Of a stretch of 64,000 nt of DNA, positions 63,521 through 64,000 are shown in pieces. The notes below the pieces were generated by a model. That model did not search any database, was not told the origin of the DNA, and saw nothing but the letters and a program-made list of their open reading frames with translations. Made by a program: the position numbers and the translations under genes. The stretch lies in contig JAAOMT010000502.1 of the NCBI GenBank assembly GCA_016748015.1, forward strand, positions 372,001-436,000, read 5' to 3'. Position 1 is the stretch's first letter; each line of letters starts with the position of its first letter. Source of the stretch: Geosiphon pyriformis uo1. Its lineage: Eukaryota; Fungi; Glomeromycota.

Positions 63521-64000
63521 AAGAAAAAAATGGTTAAAGCTCAGAGATTGAATTTTTTCAATAATTATTTATCTTTTACTTTATTATGATATACCATGAT
63601 TGCGAAGTTAGATTTATATTATATTTTTTATTGAATTTTTTTTTTTTTAAGTGTTTTATGGTGCTAGACTTAATTTATTTAAATACAAATTAAAACTCTA
63701 TGTAATTTCGAGGATAGCAAAAGGGTTTTTCGTTGTAAAAAGCCTTATTGGTGAATATTTTGAAGCAGAGATTCCATGTACTTTATCTTCGGATCATAAT
63801 CAACCAAATTGTTTCTGAAAATTTAAACGTTTTTAGAGGCTTAGAAATCTCGGACAATTAACTGTGTTTTGATCATTTTTCTCATTACCCGAATATTTTA
63901 GGTGTAATAAAAAGTTTTCTAATAAACTTTTTTTTCAATGATAAAGAAACGTGACACAAGAACTTTTAAATGCTAAAGACTAATTAATGAATATAAATAC

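Overview
AT-rich eukaryotic genomic DNA with short GT-AG introns. The gene families (BTB-BACK-TLDc, MATA-type HMG box, tyrosine-kinase-like kinase, dual hybrid histidine kinase) point to an early-diverging fungus, most likely Glomeromycota. The LINE proteins resemble ones I recall from Geosiphon/Archaeosporales, which is an inference. About 15 protein genes can be modelled by hand. Several spliced genes are missed or mistranslated by the ORF track: two paralogous 72-73 aa PLDc_N-like membrane microproteins, a ~70 aa SMP/LEA-like hydrophilin, a 4-exon orphan and the 7-exon MTQ2/N6AMT1 gene. The window also holds tRNA-Leu(UAA), a Tc1-type transposon (TA TSD, DD35E spacing), a pogo relic, a full-length LINE with a 9-bp TSD, and a TIR-bounded ~5 kb relic carrying a nested, heavily GC->AT-eroded LINE. 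There is an inverted kinase duplication with one intact and two dead copies, and a hidden deletion-riddled pseudogene (11.5-12.5 kb) of the membrane protein gene at 62.2 kb. The best leads are: (1) a type I membrane protein with a KR-flanked 4-Cys peptide and three PY motifs; (2) a membrane-anchored Cu/Zn-SOD-fold protein lacking metal ligands; (3) a dual histidine kinase with two non-canonical H-boxes; (4) the duplicated standalone PLDc_N microproteins; (5) extreme repeat-confined GC->AT erosion. All calls are by-eye; no searches were run.
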